64,000 nucleotides of DNA from an uncultured bacterium (lineage in GTDB: Bacteria > Patescibacteriota > Minisyncoccia > Moranbacterales > UBA2206): positions 5,696-69,695 of the forward strand of contig CAIMLT010000003.1 in assembly GCA_903842445.1 (NCBI GenBank), given 5' to 3'. Below are positions 15,625-25,713 of this stretch, piece by piece; the stretch's first letter is position 1, and each line of letters begins with the position of its first letter. The position numbers and the translations under genes were made by a program. The notes under the pieces are model-generated. The model had not been told where the DNA came from, ran no database searches, and saw only the letters and a program-made list of their open reading frames with translations.

Positions 15625-16135
15625 GTTCTATAAATTTTATAACCTTATTTAATAAACCACTTACTGGCTCGTCAGATTTAAGAAATATTTTACTTTCCGG
15701 CATATGTGCATAATCACATCTCATCTTTTCATACTTTCTCTGTCTATCATGATGACATCTATTTCTTTCTCTGTTTTCAAATCGAATCCGCCTTTCTTTC
15801 TCATCAATTTCAAGAACTATCGTATAAATACTAACCCCATACTTCACTTTCCATGTCTCAAAAATCCTTCCCTCTGGTTCAAAGTTGAAAGTAGATTCTA
15901 TAATTACATCAATTCCGCGATTAATATTTTCTTCAGCAAGATCCATGATTGCCTTAACTGAAGGATACCCTAATTTTATACTATCCTCTAGTGTCGACAT
16001 CCTCATCGAATTATACATTGATTCCTTGACTGAATCCTTATGTAAACAAAAAATGCCAATCTTCTCAGATAACTTATCGGCCAAAGTAGTTTTTCCAACC
16101 CCAGGAACTCCGCAAATTATAATAAGTTTACTCAT
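15614..16135 (-). CDS. P-loop kinase / NTPase (AAA_33-like) of unknown function
   Basis: 173 aa with the Walker A motif ICGVPGVGKTTLADKL. It overlaps the hoxU-like start by 11 nt and lacks the HypB GTPase motifs. Confidence 0.55.
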   Translation of the reverse strand: MSKLIIICGVPGVGKTTLADKLSEKIGIFCLHKDSVKESMYNSMRMSTLEDSIKLGYPSVKAIMDLAEENINRGIDVIIESTFNFEPEGRIFETWKVKYGVSIYTIVLEIDEKERRIRFENRERNRCHHDRQRKYEKMRCDYAHMPESKIFLKSDEPVSGLLNKVIKFIEHAN

Positions 16136-16142
16136 AAGTTGA

Positions 16143-17375
16143 TCAGTCTTTTAATATTTCCAATTTATCCACTGCGTCGCGCGTTGCCACCGCCGCAAAT
16201 TTTCCCAAGGGGCAAAAAGTTGTGCTTTCTAGTGTCCACAAAATATCTTGCATTGCTTCCTTATCTCTTTGCGAAATTTCGCCATCTGCTAAACGTTCGA
16301 TAATCTCATTGAGTCGAAAAGTTCCTTCGCGACAAGGAATACATTTTCCACAAGATTCGCGCCGAAAAAATCCAGTCCAGGATAATAGCAAATCATAGAT
16401 ATTTATTGATTTATCTACAACTAAAATTGTCCCTGACCCAAGGGGAATATTATTATTTTTTCCATAGTCTAGTTTTTCATCTAATTCTTTTTCAGTTGCC
16501 AATCTTCCACTTGCTCCACCGACTTGCGCAAACCAAAAATCCTTCCCTCTCGGAAGTCCTCTGCCTAAAGTTTCTATCGCTTCACGAATTGTAATTCCAG
16601 TTGGCGCTTCAATAACGCCTTTATTTTTAACCGCACCACCAAGAATAAAAATTTTTGTGCCCGGACTATTTTTTGATCCGATCGCCGCATATTTTTTTCC
16701 CCCATTTTGAATTATGAAAGGAATATTGGCCACCGTTTCTGCATTATTTATCACTGTTGGCTTTCCAAAAAGTCCCTTTTCAGTTGGATAGGGTGGACGA
16801 ATTTTCGGCTCGCCACGATTACCCTCAATAGAATTTATGAGTGCCGTTTCTTCTCCGCAAATATAAGCACCGGCGCCAGAAAAAATTTCGATTTCTAGGA
16901 AATATTTTGATCCTAATATTTTTTCTCCCAGAAATTTATTCTTCTGCGCTTCCAAAATTGCATTTTCCAAAATATCTTTTTGCGTTTCATAATTTCCATT
17001 AATATAGACATAGGCTTTTTTTGCTCCAATAGTCAAAGCAGCTATAATTATTCCTTCGAGAAGTAAGTGCGGATTATTTTCCACAATCATTCGGTCTTTA
17101 TACGTTCCAGGTTCTGATTCATCAAAATTGCAAATAAAATATTTTTCTTTGATAGAATTTTTTGCCACTACCTCCCATTTCTGTCCAGTTGGAAAACCAG
17201 CCCCGCCGCGACCACAAAGACTTGATGATTTAATTTCCCCTAGGGCTTTTTGCTGATTCATTTTTTCAATGAATTTTTTTAGAGCGGAGTAACCACCCAC
17301 ACCCAAATAATCCTCAATTTTAAGTGGATTAATCTTACCCCAATAATTGGTCAGAATTTTTATATCTTTCATCAT
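16143..17375 (-). CDS. HoxF / NuoF-like NAD(P)H-binding flavoprotein subunit
   Basis: 410 aa with GRGGAGFPTGQKWE, FDESEPGTYKDR, GAGAYICGEETALI and C-terminal 4Fe-4S cysteines (CGKCIPCREG). Confidence 0.85.
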   Translation of the reverse strand: MMKDIKILTNYWGKINPLKIEDYLGVGGYSALKKFIEKMNQQKALGEIKSSSLCGRGGAGFPTGQKWEVVAKNSIKEKYFICNFDESEPGTYKDRMIVENNPHLLLEGIIIAALTIGAKKAYVYINGNYETQKDILENAILEAQKNKFLGEKILGSKYFLEIEIFSGAGAYICGEETALINSIEGNRGEPKIRPPYPTEKGLFGKPTVINNAETVANIPFIIQNGGKKYAAIGSKNSPGTKIFILGGAVKNKGVIEAPTGITIREAIETLGRGLPRGKDFWFAQVGGASGRLATEKELDEKLDYGKNNNIPLGSGTILVVDKSINIYDLLLSWTGFFRRESCGKCIPCREGTFRLNEIIERLADGEISQRDKEAMQDILWTLESTTFCPLGKFAAVATRDAVDKLEILKD

Positions 17376-18863
17376 TTATGTTCCGCTATATTTAACGGGC
17401 ATTGAATATTTACCAGATATTTCGTTCGTTAAGTAATAAAATATATTATCCTTATCTTCTTTTACAACAATATCACCAACAGATTCACGCCCAAGCATGC
17501 TTCTCCATCTTCCACTTTCTAAGTCAATAAAAATTTTCTTATCGCTATAGAAAATATACTTTTCATCAATTGGATGAAAGTCGCTTTGCTTATTTAATGG
17601 ATATTTATTTATCACTCTAAATACTGGATTACTTTTATTGTAAGGATCTTGAGAGATTATAAATACATCATTCATGCTATATTTATCACGATTTGGGTTT
17701 TTGATTCTTAAACTTTCCAAATCAATTCCCACCTCATTTGCATATACTAAACAATATATTTTTTTATTAGAATAAGTAACATTGCTACAATCATTTAATT
17801 TTGGGAAATTTTCTATGTTAGGTTCTATGCTGTTATCAGATACGAACTCCGCCACATTGAGAAGCACATATATCTTTCTATTTTTATCATAATAAAGCTT
17901 GTCTTTTTCATCATCCCAAGAGAATCCCTCTGGAAGAATTTCCTTACCACCATAGCTAAATAGCTTCTTCCTAAATGGAGCTTTTCTGTACACCTCTCTA
18001 TATTTTTTTGATTCAACATCAAATAAAATAAGCACCACATCTTCCGAAGATTCATCGTCATATTGACAGGTCAAATATTTTTCACTAACAGACCATTCGC
18101 ATTTTTCAGGACAAATATGGGAACTAGACTCATGCAACTTCTTTTTCGCCACACAGACATCTAAAATTGGCGTTAAATCGCTCGTCTTATATATATATTT
18201 CTCGAAATTAGGCTTGGTTTTCTTGAAATCAACATCAGCTAAGAAATACGATCCCTTGGGAGAAATAAACTCAAAAGCTAAAAAATTATGCAATTCTGAA
18301 TTATTTCTATCAAAAGTCCTGAGAACATTCCTCTCTGAACCGTCTATTTTACTCACCACAATTGAAGATTTGCTATTGCTAGACTCAACTCCGTTGTCAT
18401 ATTCAATATAATATTCTAAGTATATAAATTTAGCATCTGATTTGATAACATCGTTAAACTCGTACTTCTGATTATATTCTATTTTATATTCCTTCTCTTG
18501 ATTATACCCTGTCGATCCACTTAAGAGTTGTATCCCTAGAGCAACTATGGCCAAAGATGCAGAGCCAATCAGAAATCTTTTTTTAAATTTGTAAAAAAAA
18601 TCTGCTCTATATTTTAAGATTATAAAAATCAATGTAAGCTCAATGAGTAAAAATGAGTAGTAAAATAAAAAAAATGGTTCAAATATACCTCCGGCAACGC
18701 CAAACATATAAATAATTGTTCCGGCACCAAGAAGAGACATCTCGCCACCAAACACATCTCCTATCTCAAGAAGTAGCCCTGTTAGATAAACCACAGAAGA
18801 AAAATCAACAAACAGACAAATGTACACAAGCACGGAAAAGAAAAATATTTTTATATTTTTCAT
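17376..18863 (-). CDS. hypothetical membrane protein (four N-terminal TM helices plus a large soluble domain) within the hox operon
   Basis: 495-aa ORF with hydrophobic N-terminal segments. Its stop abuts the hoxF-like ATG with zero gap. Confidence 0.55.
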   Translation of the reverse strand: MKNIKIFFFSVLVYICLFVDFSSVVYLTGLLLEIGDVFGGEMSLLGAGTIIYMFGVAGGIFEPFFLFYYSFLLIELTLIFIILKYRADFFYKFKKRFLIGSASLAIVALGIQLLSGSTGYNQEKEYKIEYNQKYEFNDVIKSDAKFIYLEYYIEYDNGVESSNSKSSIVVSKIDGSERNVLRTFDRNNSELHNFLAFEFISPKGSYFLADVDFKKTKPNFEKYIYKTSDLTPILDVCVAKKKLHESSSHICPEKCEWSVSEKYLTCQYDDESSEDVVLILFDVESKKYREVYRKAPFRKKLFSYGGKEILPEGFSWDDEKDKLYYDKNRKIYVLLNVAEFVSDNSIEPNIENFPKLNDCSNVTYSNKKIYCLVYANEVGIDLESLRIKNPNRDKYSMNDVFIISQDPYNKSNPVFRVINKYPLNKQSDFHPIDEKYIFYSDKKIFIDLESGRWRSMLGRESVGDIVVKEDKDNIFYYLTNEISGKYSMPVKYSGT

Positions 18864-18888
18864 ATTTTTTATTGTTTAATAATTATTT

Positions 18889-19341
18889 CTATATCCACTC
18901 CGCAAAAATTTTATATATAGAGCTTGCTGTGACCCTCTCATAAACTTTCCTATTGACAATGACGATTGGTCCATCTCCGCAACGCCCAAGACAACTGATT
19001 TTTTTCAATCTTACTTTTGGATTAAATTTATCTCCAACTCTAATCCGAAAATGGTTTTCGATCTCCCGGATGACATTAGTTGATTGACCTAAATTGCAAT
19101 CGCCTCCTGAGCAAACCTTAATCTCCAAATTCGCCGGTTTTTTAGTCTCAACTAAATCATAAAAGCTAGCTGTTTCATAAATCTTAGTGATTGGAAATTC
19201 AAAATACTCAGCAATCTTCTGGGAATCTTTTTCACAGATATAACCAAAATTCTTGCTGATTTTCTTTAGCGCTAAAAGCAAATTCTGCGCTACCGGATCA
19301 AACTCTAGCAATATTTTTTCAACTGTAATATTGTTTCTCAT
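18889..19341 (-). CDS. HoxE / NuoE-like thioredoxin-fold 2Fe-2S subunit
   Basis: 150 aa with CSGGDCNLGQ...CLGRCGDGP cysteine spacing. Confidence 0.8.
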   Translation of the reverse strand: MRNNITVEKILLEFDPVAQNLLLALKKISKNFGYICEKDSQKIAEYFEFPITKIYETASFYDLVETKKPANLEIKVCSGGDCNLGQSTNVIREIENHFRIRVGDKFNPKVRLKKISCLGRCGDGPIVIVNRKVYERVTASSIYKIFAEWI

Positions 19342-19402
19342 ATTTGCATTATACCATGTTAAAAATAAAAACTGAAACTCTTGTTCCAGTTTTTAATATT
19401 CA

Positions 19403-19520
19403 GACTTATGCATTCGTCCGGAAAAAGTCCGCACATTCGTTTCTCTTAGCATACAGAGGCTCTTGGTAAAGCAAGAAAGAAAAGCCAAGGCAAGGAAAAC
19501 ACGCTTTTAGGATTTTTTTT
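19403..19520. repeat. about 115-bp conserved intergenic element, copy 2 (between fba and the hoxE-like gene)
   Basis: Homologous to 14226-14339. On the minus strand it lies upstream of the hoxE-like start. Confidence 0.6.
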
Positions 19521-19565
19521 TGGGCGAATGCGTAAGTCCTGATATGATCAATTTAGCTATGCGTT

Positions 19566-20429
19566 CTAGGCCTTCCCGTCACTACCAAAAATTTTTATTT
19601 TATATTTAACAGTTTCTTTGACAGCGTCTCGCGCGCCTCCCAGAAGTTTTCGTAAATCAAAACCCAACTCGCCCTGATTATTCACTGAGTTAATTAAGCT
19701 ATTCATAAAAGCAATTTGAATCGCTGTAGCAACATTAAAACAACTAACCCCATTTTTAATAGCTTCCGCCACTCGACCGCTTTCCCAATCTGATGCGCCG
19801 TGCAAAACAAAAGGCAGTTGGCAACTTTTATTAATCATTGCCATTCGATCAAAATCTGGCTCGGCTCTTTCCTTGAGAAATCCATGAGCATTTCCGATTG
19901 CCACCGCCAACGCGTCAATTCCCGTCTCTTCCACAAAATTCTTGGCCTGAGCCGGATCAGTCATATATTTATCCCAATCTATATCCTCCATCTGAGCTTC
20001 TCCCAAATAGGGCACGTTACCCAGTTCTCCCTGCACTTCTACTCCTTTTTCATGACAAAAATCAACTACCTTTTTAGTAATTTCCAGATTATCCGAAAAA
20101 ACTTTCCGCGATCCATCATACATTACAGAAGTGAAACCGATAGCCACGGCCCTTTGAATTATTTCAAAGCTTTTCCCGTGGTCCAAGTGAATTCCAATTG
20201 GAATTTCCGACGCATAAAACTCGGCGTCGTTTTTGACTAGATTATAAATTAATCTGCCCCCGGAATATTCCATTACTTTTTCCGTAATCTGAATAATAAC
20301 CGGCGAGCGCATTTCTTTCGCCCCTTCCACAATTGCTCGGGTTGTTTCCAAGTTTACCGTATTAAAAGCACCCACGGCATACCCGCCTTCCTTGGCTTTT
20401 GTTAAAATTTCCTTGACTGAAGCAATCAT
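19566..20429 (-). CDS. fba: fructose-bisphosphate aldolase class II
   Basis: 287 aa with a GYAVGAFN start and HLDHG metal site. Confidence 0.85.
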   Translation of the reverse strand: MIASVKEILTKAKEGGYAVGAFNTVNLETTRAIVEGAKEMRSPVIIQITEKVMEYSGGRLIYNLVKNDAEFYASEIPIGIHLDHGKSFEIIQRAVAIGFTSVMYDGSRKVFSDNLEITKKVVDFCHEKGVEVQGELGNVPYLGEAQMEDIDWDKYMTDPAQAKNFVEETGIDALAVAIGNAHGFLKERAEPDFDRMAMINKSCQLPFVLHGASDWESGRVAEAIKNGVSCFNVATAIQIAFMNSLINSVNNQGELGFDLRKLLGGARDAVKETVKYKIKIFGSDGKA

Positions 20430-20446
20430 GTTTTTATTATCTATAA

Positions 20447-21211
20447 TTAACCATTTATTATTTCCACTATTTTGATAAAACTTCGCGGCGTTAGACTTTC
20501 CTTGCCCACCAAGGCACCCTTCATTCCAGAATCAACACAAATTTCTTTGGCATTATTTGGCGCAACTGACCCACCATAAATAATTCGTATTTTTTCAGAA
20601 ACTCTTAGTCCATATTCTCCAACTAAGAATTTTTTTATAATCAATCTGGCACTCATAACATCATTAGTAGTTGGCAGATGATCCGGGTTATTAGAACTGA
20701 TTGCCCAAACAGGCTCATAGCAAATTACAACATTTTCAATCTGGCCATTTTTAATTCCAGCGAGGCAATTTTTCAGTTGTTTTATAATAACACCGGCTCC
20801 TTCATTTTTTTGATTAGCATCCTCTCCGACACAAAGAACCGGAGAAATTCCATTTCGCAATGCCGCAATTATTTTCAAATTTACATCTTGATCATTCTCT
20901 CGAAGGAAGCGTCTTCTTTCGCTATGTCCCAAAACCACATATTCACAACCAAAATTTTTAAGCATAACTGGGGAAATTTCTCCAGTAAATGAACCCTTAT
21001 CTTCCCAAAAAACATCTAGCGCCCCCCTACTAATTTTTTTATTTTTCCATTTTCCAAGGCCTTCAAGATGAATAAATGGAGGGCAGATAACAATCTCCGT
21101 GTCGGAAAATTTCTTACCAATAAGCTCCTTGTCCAGTCCTTTCAAATATACTTCGCGCTCCAAAACAGACAAGATGTTCATTTTCAAATTAGCAACTACG
21201 ATATTTTTCAT
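20447..21211 (-). CDS. tpiA: triosephosphate isomerase
   Basis: 254 aa with ANLKMN, VVLGHSERR, AYEPVWAI and IIYGGSV. Confidence 0.9.
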   Translation of the reverse strand: MKNIVVANLKMNILSVLEREVYLKGLDKELIGKKFSDTEIVICPPFIHLEGLGKWKNKKISRGALDVFWEDKGSFTGEISPVMLKNFGCEYVVLGHSERRRFLRENDQDVNLKIIAALRNGISPVLCVGEDANQKNEGAGVIIKQLKNCLAGIKNGQIENVVICYEPVWAISSNNPDHLPTTNDVMSARLIIKKFLVGEYGLRVSEKIRIIYGGSVAPNNAKEICVDSGMKGALVGKESLTPRSFIKIVEIING

Positions 21212-21229
21212 ATTACTTATACTTAATAT

Positions 21230-21646
21230 TTAGGTATTTTCTCGCTTTACTTGCCGATAAGTCAGTATAATCTTAACTAGCGAAGTTATGACAAAAATAG
21301 TATAGAATATTCCGATAATCAGGATATCAAATCCACCAGCCATAGTTGCAACCATTCCACCGCCTCGGTTTTGAGAGTTAAATAAAAAAGTGACCAGCAT
21401 AATTACCGGCACAAACCAGAGAGCAAATCTCCACCAAGCCCGAAAAACCTCTTCGCGCATTTTGTAGGTGATGAGAGAAAAGATAAAAACTGGAATTAAG
21501 AAAATAAAGTAAAGCAATAGCCATCCCAGAATACTATCGTCATGTATTCTACATCGATCAGCTTCACATACTAAACTAATTAAAAAAGCTGCGACAAAAT
21601 AAAAAACATACGCCAATGAAATCAGCAAAACACTTTTTTTACTCAT
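21230..21646 (-). CDS. small hypothetical membrane protein
   Basis: 138-aa ORF with 3-4 hydrophobic helices, tightly spaced between flanking genes. Confidence 0.45.
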   Translation of the reverse strand: MSKKSVLLISLAYVFYFVAAFLISLVCEADRCRIHDDSILGWLLLYFIFLIPVFIFSLITYKMREEVFRAWWRFALWFVPVIMLVTFLFNSQNRGGGMVATMAGGFDILIIGIFYTIFVITSLVKIILTYRQVKRENT

Positions 21647-21663
21647 ATTTTTAAAAAAATTAA

Positions 21664-24600
21664 TTAATATTTTACTTCAATCGCGCCCTGCTTAGTCACT
21701 AATGCAGGGATAACCATGCCTGACAATTTCTGTTTAACCGGGCGATTGTCTATATCGTTGTCGTCGTCATTACTATCATCTAATTCTTGCGGCTTGGTCA
21801 TAATAATCGTGATATTTTTTTTGGGTCGATAGTGAGATTCAACGGCAATAGACGCCGTGCGCAAATGAGTCGCGAACATCGCATATGCCACGCCCTTTTT
21901 TCCAGTATTCCAGTTATACCTTGCTACCGTATCACTAAGCTCAGCTATGCTTCCGTTGTAGCTCACAGATTTGAGTTCGACAGCAATTCTCCGCTCACGA
22001 TTTTGCAGTTTTTCCGCATACACTAGAACAGTCGTGTTTCCCGCTTGATCTTTCAGTGTAGCTGTTGTTATTTTCTCTTTTGGTTTTTGATTTTTTTTAG
22101 TTACTTGCGAAGTTGTATATGTTACCGTAGTTGGATTTTCATCAATACCTTCCACGACAATTAAATTGGTTTTGGTATCAAAAAATATTCGAGCTTCCGG
22201 CGGAGTTTGATCGGCTGGTGGCAACGTGACTATTTCGCCAATTTTTGGTTTTAGCGAAAAATCAGGTGTACCGTCACCCGCAAAGTCGATAACTAATGGC
22301 GCGGCGCCTTGAATGGTTCCATCAGCCACTTCCATCGTAACTTTAGTTTTGTCAGAAGTTGGAATGCCCGCAAAAGTTGTTTCTGCTATGACAGCTTCGT
22401 TTTCCACTTCTTGCATTTCCAAAGTAAACGAACCTTCGGCTAGTCCGTCTAAAACTAAAGTATGCGCTGTTACCGCTGGCAAAGAAATATATTGAACTTC
22501 GCCAAAACGCTTATAGTTTGCGCTGGAAATAGTTGAAGCTGTGGCGCTAATTTCATTGCCAGAAGCATCATGAGCTGAAAGAGCAAGTGGTGAATGCAAA
22601 ATGTAGCGCAAGCGTTTTTCAGACTTACTTGCTGGTTTTGAATTTGAAAGATACTTGGGAAGCACTGTGTTTGATTTAGTTAGGATATTATTTTTGATAA
22701 AATTTCGCAGTTCTGAAACCTCCAAAATATCAGCATGCTCTCTTTTTGAAGTAAATACATCATTATAATCATCCAAATCCACCCAAAATCTCTTCACATT
22801 TTCGCTGTCCGCACTCATCGCCAATGCGCTTGGCGCGACGACTGTGCCGTCACCATCAATCACCATTTCCGGCGTATATTGCAACTTTGGTTTTGTTTCG
22901 AAACATTGATTTTGAAAATATTTCACGCATTCCATGCCTGTAAAGTATTTTATCCCTCCCAGCGTTTCCTCTCCAAATCCGGCAATTTGATAAACTGAAA
23001 TAGGGGCTGGAACTGTCCAATTGTCATCCAATGATTGATGAATATTTTCTCCATATGTTAGCAACTGAGAATTGATTTTACTTGGGCTGGAAACATTATC
23101 CGAATCAGCCGAAACTTTATTATCTCCATCCGAGAGAAAACTTTGCAATTTTTCTGAAGTTTTAATTTCAGTGCCATATTTGCCAATAAACGATTGAGTA
23201 AGTGTTCCATCTTCAAATGAAACAACTGGTGTATTTGTTTCACTACCATTACCACCGAAATATGCTTCTGATGGGAGAAGTTGGTAAGCGCTCGGCATAT
23301 TATTCGCTAGTATTCTCGCATTTTTTGGAGAAAGAAAAAGCGTCAACCAATCTGTCGGCAAGCCTTGATCGAAACCATGCAAAAGCCCGCCGATTGCTTG
23401 TGGCGTTCCCGCTTGTGGCACAGCCACAAACACAATTTTATCAATCAAATCCGTGGCTTCCGCTCCCAGTTTGTTGGTTAGAGCTTTCGCAACCAATCCG
23501 CCATTGGAATGAGCAATAATGGTCACTTTGCCAGTTTTTGAGGTACCAGCCAAGCGTCGCAGTTCTTTTATGATATATGGCGCGATTGATTTTCCGGCAT
23601 ACGAAATATGATTGCCCTCTGAAACCATTCCTCCCTCTAAAATATCTTCCAATGTTAAGCGCCAATCATATGGGATGGCCGAATAATCATTGATAATTTT
23701 TTCATCATTTTTCCATTTATTCAAATCAGAAAGAAATGATTTATAGATATTTTTTTGTCCTATGGGTGACACATTAACTTCATCGATCACGTCTCTGGTA
23801 TAGATATCGGAATCCACACTCTTGCCATCCTTGTCTAAAAACAATTTCTCAACATCAACATTACGGTTAGGTTCCCAAAGTTGGTTTTCATCTCCATCTG
23901 CATCTTCCGCATATAGCCGACTGGCTTCAAGTCCCGGCAAGAAAAGAACATTTGATGCGCCACCGACCGTGGCAGTATTTTCAATTTTTGTCGTGCTAAA
24001 GCCAGATAAGGTATAATCACCAACAAGTTTTTCTCCCTCAGCACCAGGCGTTAACTCAGTTTTAGGACCACTGGAATGACCGTACCAATTATTTTTTAAA
24101 ACAACTTTGGTTTTATTTCGCCAACTTGGATCATTTTTTAGAATCATATTGCACTTTTCGGTACAAACTTTACCATAAACACTATAATCATCCGGATAAG
24201 CACTTTTACAATCATTAAAACAATCATTAAACAATGTTTCCCGCAGTCCTGTATTTATGACTTCGGCCGCTAGGGCGGTGTCTTGAGGATTGTTATAAAA
24301 ATTTGAACTTTCAATGTGCAGATAACTCTGCGTGTTCCACTCGTTATAGTTCATATCAACCTCTACATCCTTAAAAGCATTGTTTACGAAATCACAGTTA
24401 TTCATCACAATCTTTCCCGAATTAAGCAATATGGCCGAAGAAGTTACTTCCCTCGGAGCAGCATGAGCAGTTGGAAAAAATATATCCCTAAGATTACTCT
24501 TCATACTAACCCCGCCAATACAATTATCCGTGTCATAAGAATAATAACCACCCATTTGAGAAAATTCTACAAATTCAAAAACAGAAACCGGATCATCTTC

Positions 24601-25080
24601 TGTTTCACCGGGTCCCCCAAATTCAATATTGGGCGATATTCCCAAATAACAACGCGGATCGGAAATTCCATCTTCCGAAAGAACCGGCTGAATTCCGGTT
24701 AATTTAATTTTTTCTTCTTTCGTGCCCCGAGCGATAACATTGCCATAAATATACAAGTGACGTATCGCCAGCTGGGTTCCTTTTTCAATTGTCAGAGTCG
24801 CGCCCCATTCAACATAAATACTTTCGTATTGCGACAGATCGGTTTCTCTATTCCAAGTCGTATTCTCGGTGATATACAACTCTTCGAGTGGCTGCGCTTC
24901 TCCAATTGCCACATTCCAAGAGAAATTTAAAAGATCAATCCGCAAGGGACTGATTACAAAGAAAAAGATTAAAGCCGCAACGCCCAAATTTTTACTTATT
25001 TTTCTCATTTTTTTACCCAACTCACCTAGAATTTTGCCTAGGTTATTTTTTAGAAAATTAATTATTTTTTCCTTAACCAT
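21664..25080 (-). CDS. large membrane-anchored extracellular protein with a lipase-like alpha/beta-hydrolase domain
   Basis: 1138 aa with an N-terminal TM anchor and the GxSxG-type motif VTIIAHSNGGLVAKAL. Confidence 0.55.
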   Translation of the reverse strand: MVKEKIINFLKNNLGKILGELGKKMRKISKNLGVAALIFFFVISPLRIDLLNFSWNVAIGEAQPLEELYITENTTWNRETDLSQYESIYVEWGATLTIEKGTQLAIRHLYIYGNVIARGTKEEKIKLTGIQPVLSEDGISDPRCYLGISPNIEFGGPGETEDDPVSVFEFVEFSQMGGYYSYDTDNCIGGVSMKSNLRDIFFPTAHAAPREVTSSAILLNSGKIVMNNCDFVNNAFKDVEVDMNYNEWNTQSYLHIESSNFYNNPQDTALAAEVINTGLRETLFNDCFNDCKSAYPDDYSVYGKVCTEKCNMILKNDPSWRNKTKVVLKNNWYGHSSGPKTELTPGAEGEKLVGDYTLSGFSTTKIENTATVGGASNVLFLPGLEASRLYAEDADGDENQLWEPNRNVDVEKLFLDKDGKSVDSDIYTRDVIDEVNVSPIGQKNIYKSFLSDLNKWKNDEKIINDYSAIPYDWRLTLEDILEGGMVSEGNHISYAGKSIAPYIIKELRRLAGTSKTGKVTIIAHSNGGLVAKALTNKLGAEATDLIDKIVFVAVPQAGTPQAIGGLLHGFDQGLPTDWLTLFLSPKNARILANNMPSAYQLLPSEAYFGGNGSETNTPVVSFEDGTLTQSFIGKYGTEIKTSEKLQSFLSDGDNKVSADSDNVSSPSKINSQLLTYGENIHQSLDDNWTVPAPISVYQIAGFGEETLGGIKYFTGMECVKYFQNQCFETKPKLQYTPEMVIDGDGTVVAPSALAMSADSENVKRFWVDLDDYNDVFTSKREHADILEVSELRNFIKNNILTKSNTVLPKYLSNSKPASKSEKRLRYILHSPLALSAHDASGNEISATASTISSANYKRFGEVQYISLPAVTAHTLVLDGLAEGSFTLEMQEVENEAVIAETTFAGIPTSDKTKVTMEVADGTIQGAAPLVIDFAGDGTPDFSLKPKIGEIVTLPPADQTPPEARIFFDTKTNLIVVEGIDENPTTVTYTTSQVTKKNQKPKEKITTATLKDQAGNTTVLVYAEKLQNRERRIAVELKSVSYNGSIAELSDTVARYNWNTGKKGVAYAMFATHLRTASIAVESHYRPKKNITIIMTKPQELDDSNDDDNDIDNRPVKQKLSGMVIPALVTKQGAIEVKY

Positions 25081-25688
25081 TCTTTTAAAATCTTAAATAT
25101 AGCCGGTAAAACCGAAACCGCAATTATTCCCATAATTACAATAGAAAAATTATCTCTGATGATAGGAATATTGCCAAAAAAATAGCCTGCCAAAACAAAA
25201 CCAAAAACCCAAACAAAACTTCCGGAAATACTATAAAAAATAAATTTTTGATATTGCATTTTCCCAATTCCCGCCACAAACGGGGCAAATGTCCGAATTA
25301 TGGGCATAAAGCGGGCCAAAAAAACAGTCTTTCCTCCATGTTTTTGATAGAATTCTTGCGTCTGATCAATATGGTTTTGATTGATGGGAATATGTTTATT
25401 GCTGACAATTTTTTTCCCAAAATAAAATCCGATCCAATAATTAATATTATCCCCAAAAAAAGCCGCCGCCAAAAGAAGCGGGGCAATGATTACAACATTA
25501 AATGATCCGGTGGCCGAAAACATTCCTGCCGCAAAAAGAAGCGAATCTCCCGGCAAAAATGGAGTAAAGACAAACCCTGTTTCCGCAAAAATGATCGCAA
25601 ATAAAATGCCATAGGTCAAGCTTCCATAATCAGCGATAATTTCTCCCAAATGGACATCCACATTCAAAATAAAATCGATAAAACCCAT
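25062..25688 (-). CDS. DedA family membrane protein
   Basis: 208 aa with the DedA signature region FLARFMPIIRTFAPFVAGIGKM. Confidence 0.75.
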   Translation of the reverse strand: MGFIDFILNVDVHLGEIIADYGSLTYGILFAIIFAETGFVFTPFLPGDSLLFAAGMFSATGSFNVVIIAPLLLAAAFFGDNINYWIGFYFGKKIVSNKHIPINQNHIDQTQEFYQKHGGKTVFLARFMPIIRTFAPFVAGIGKMQYQKFIFYSISGSFVWVFGFVLAGYFFGNIPIIRDNFSIVIMGIIAVSVLPAIFKILKEWLRKK

Positions 25689-25713
25689 AAAGCTAAATTT
25701 TTTAATTATTAAT

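Noticed and set aside
15614-16135. P-loop protein as the missing HypB
   Set aside because: The Walker A resembles HypB GSGKTT, but the GTPase NKxD, switch and CH metal-binding motifs are absent. It is more like an AAA_33 small kinase.
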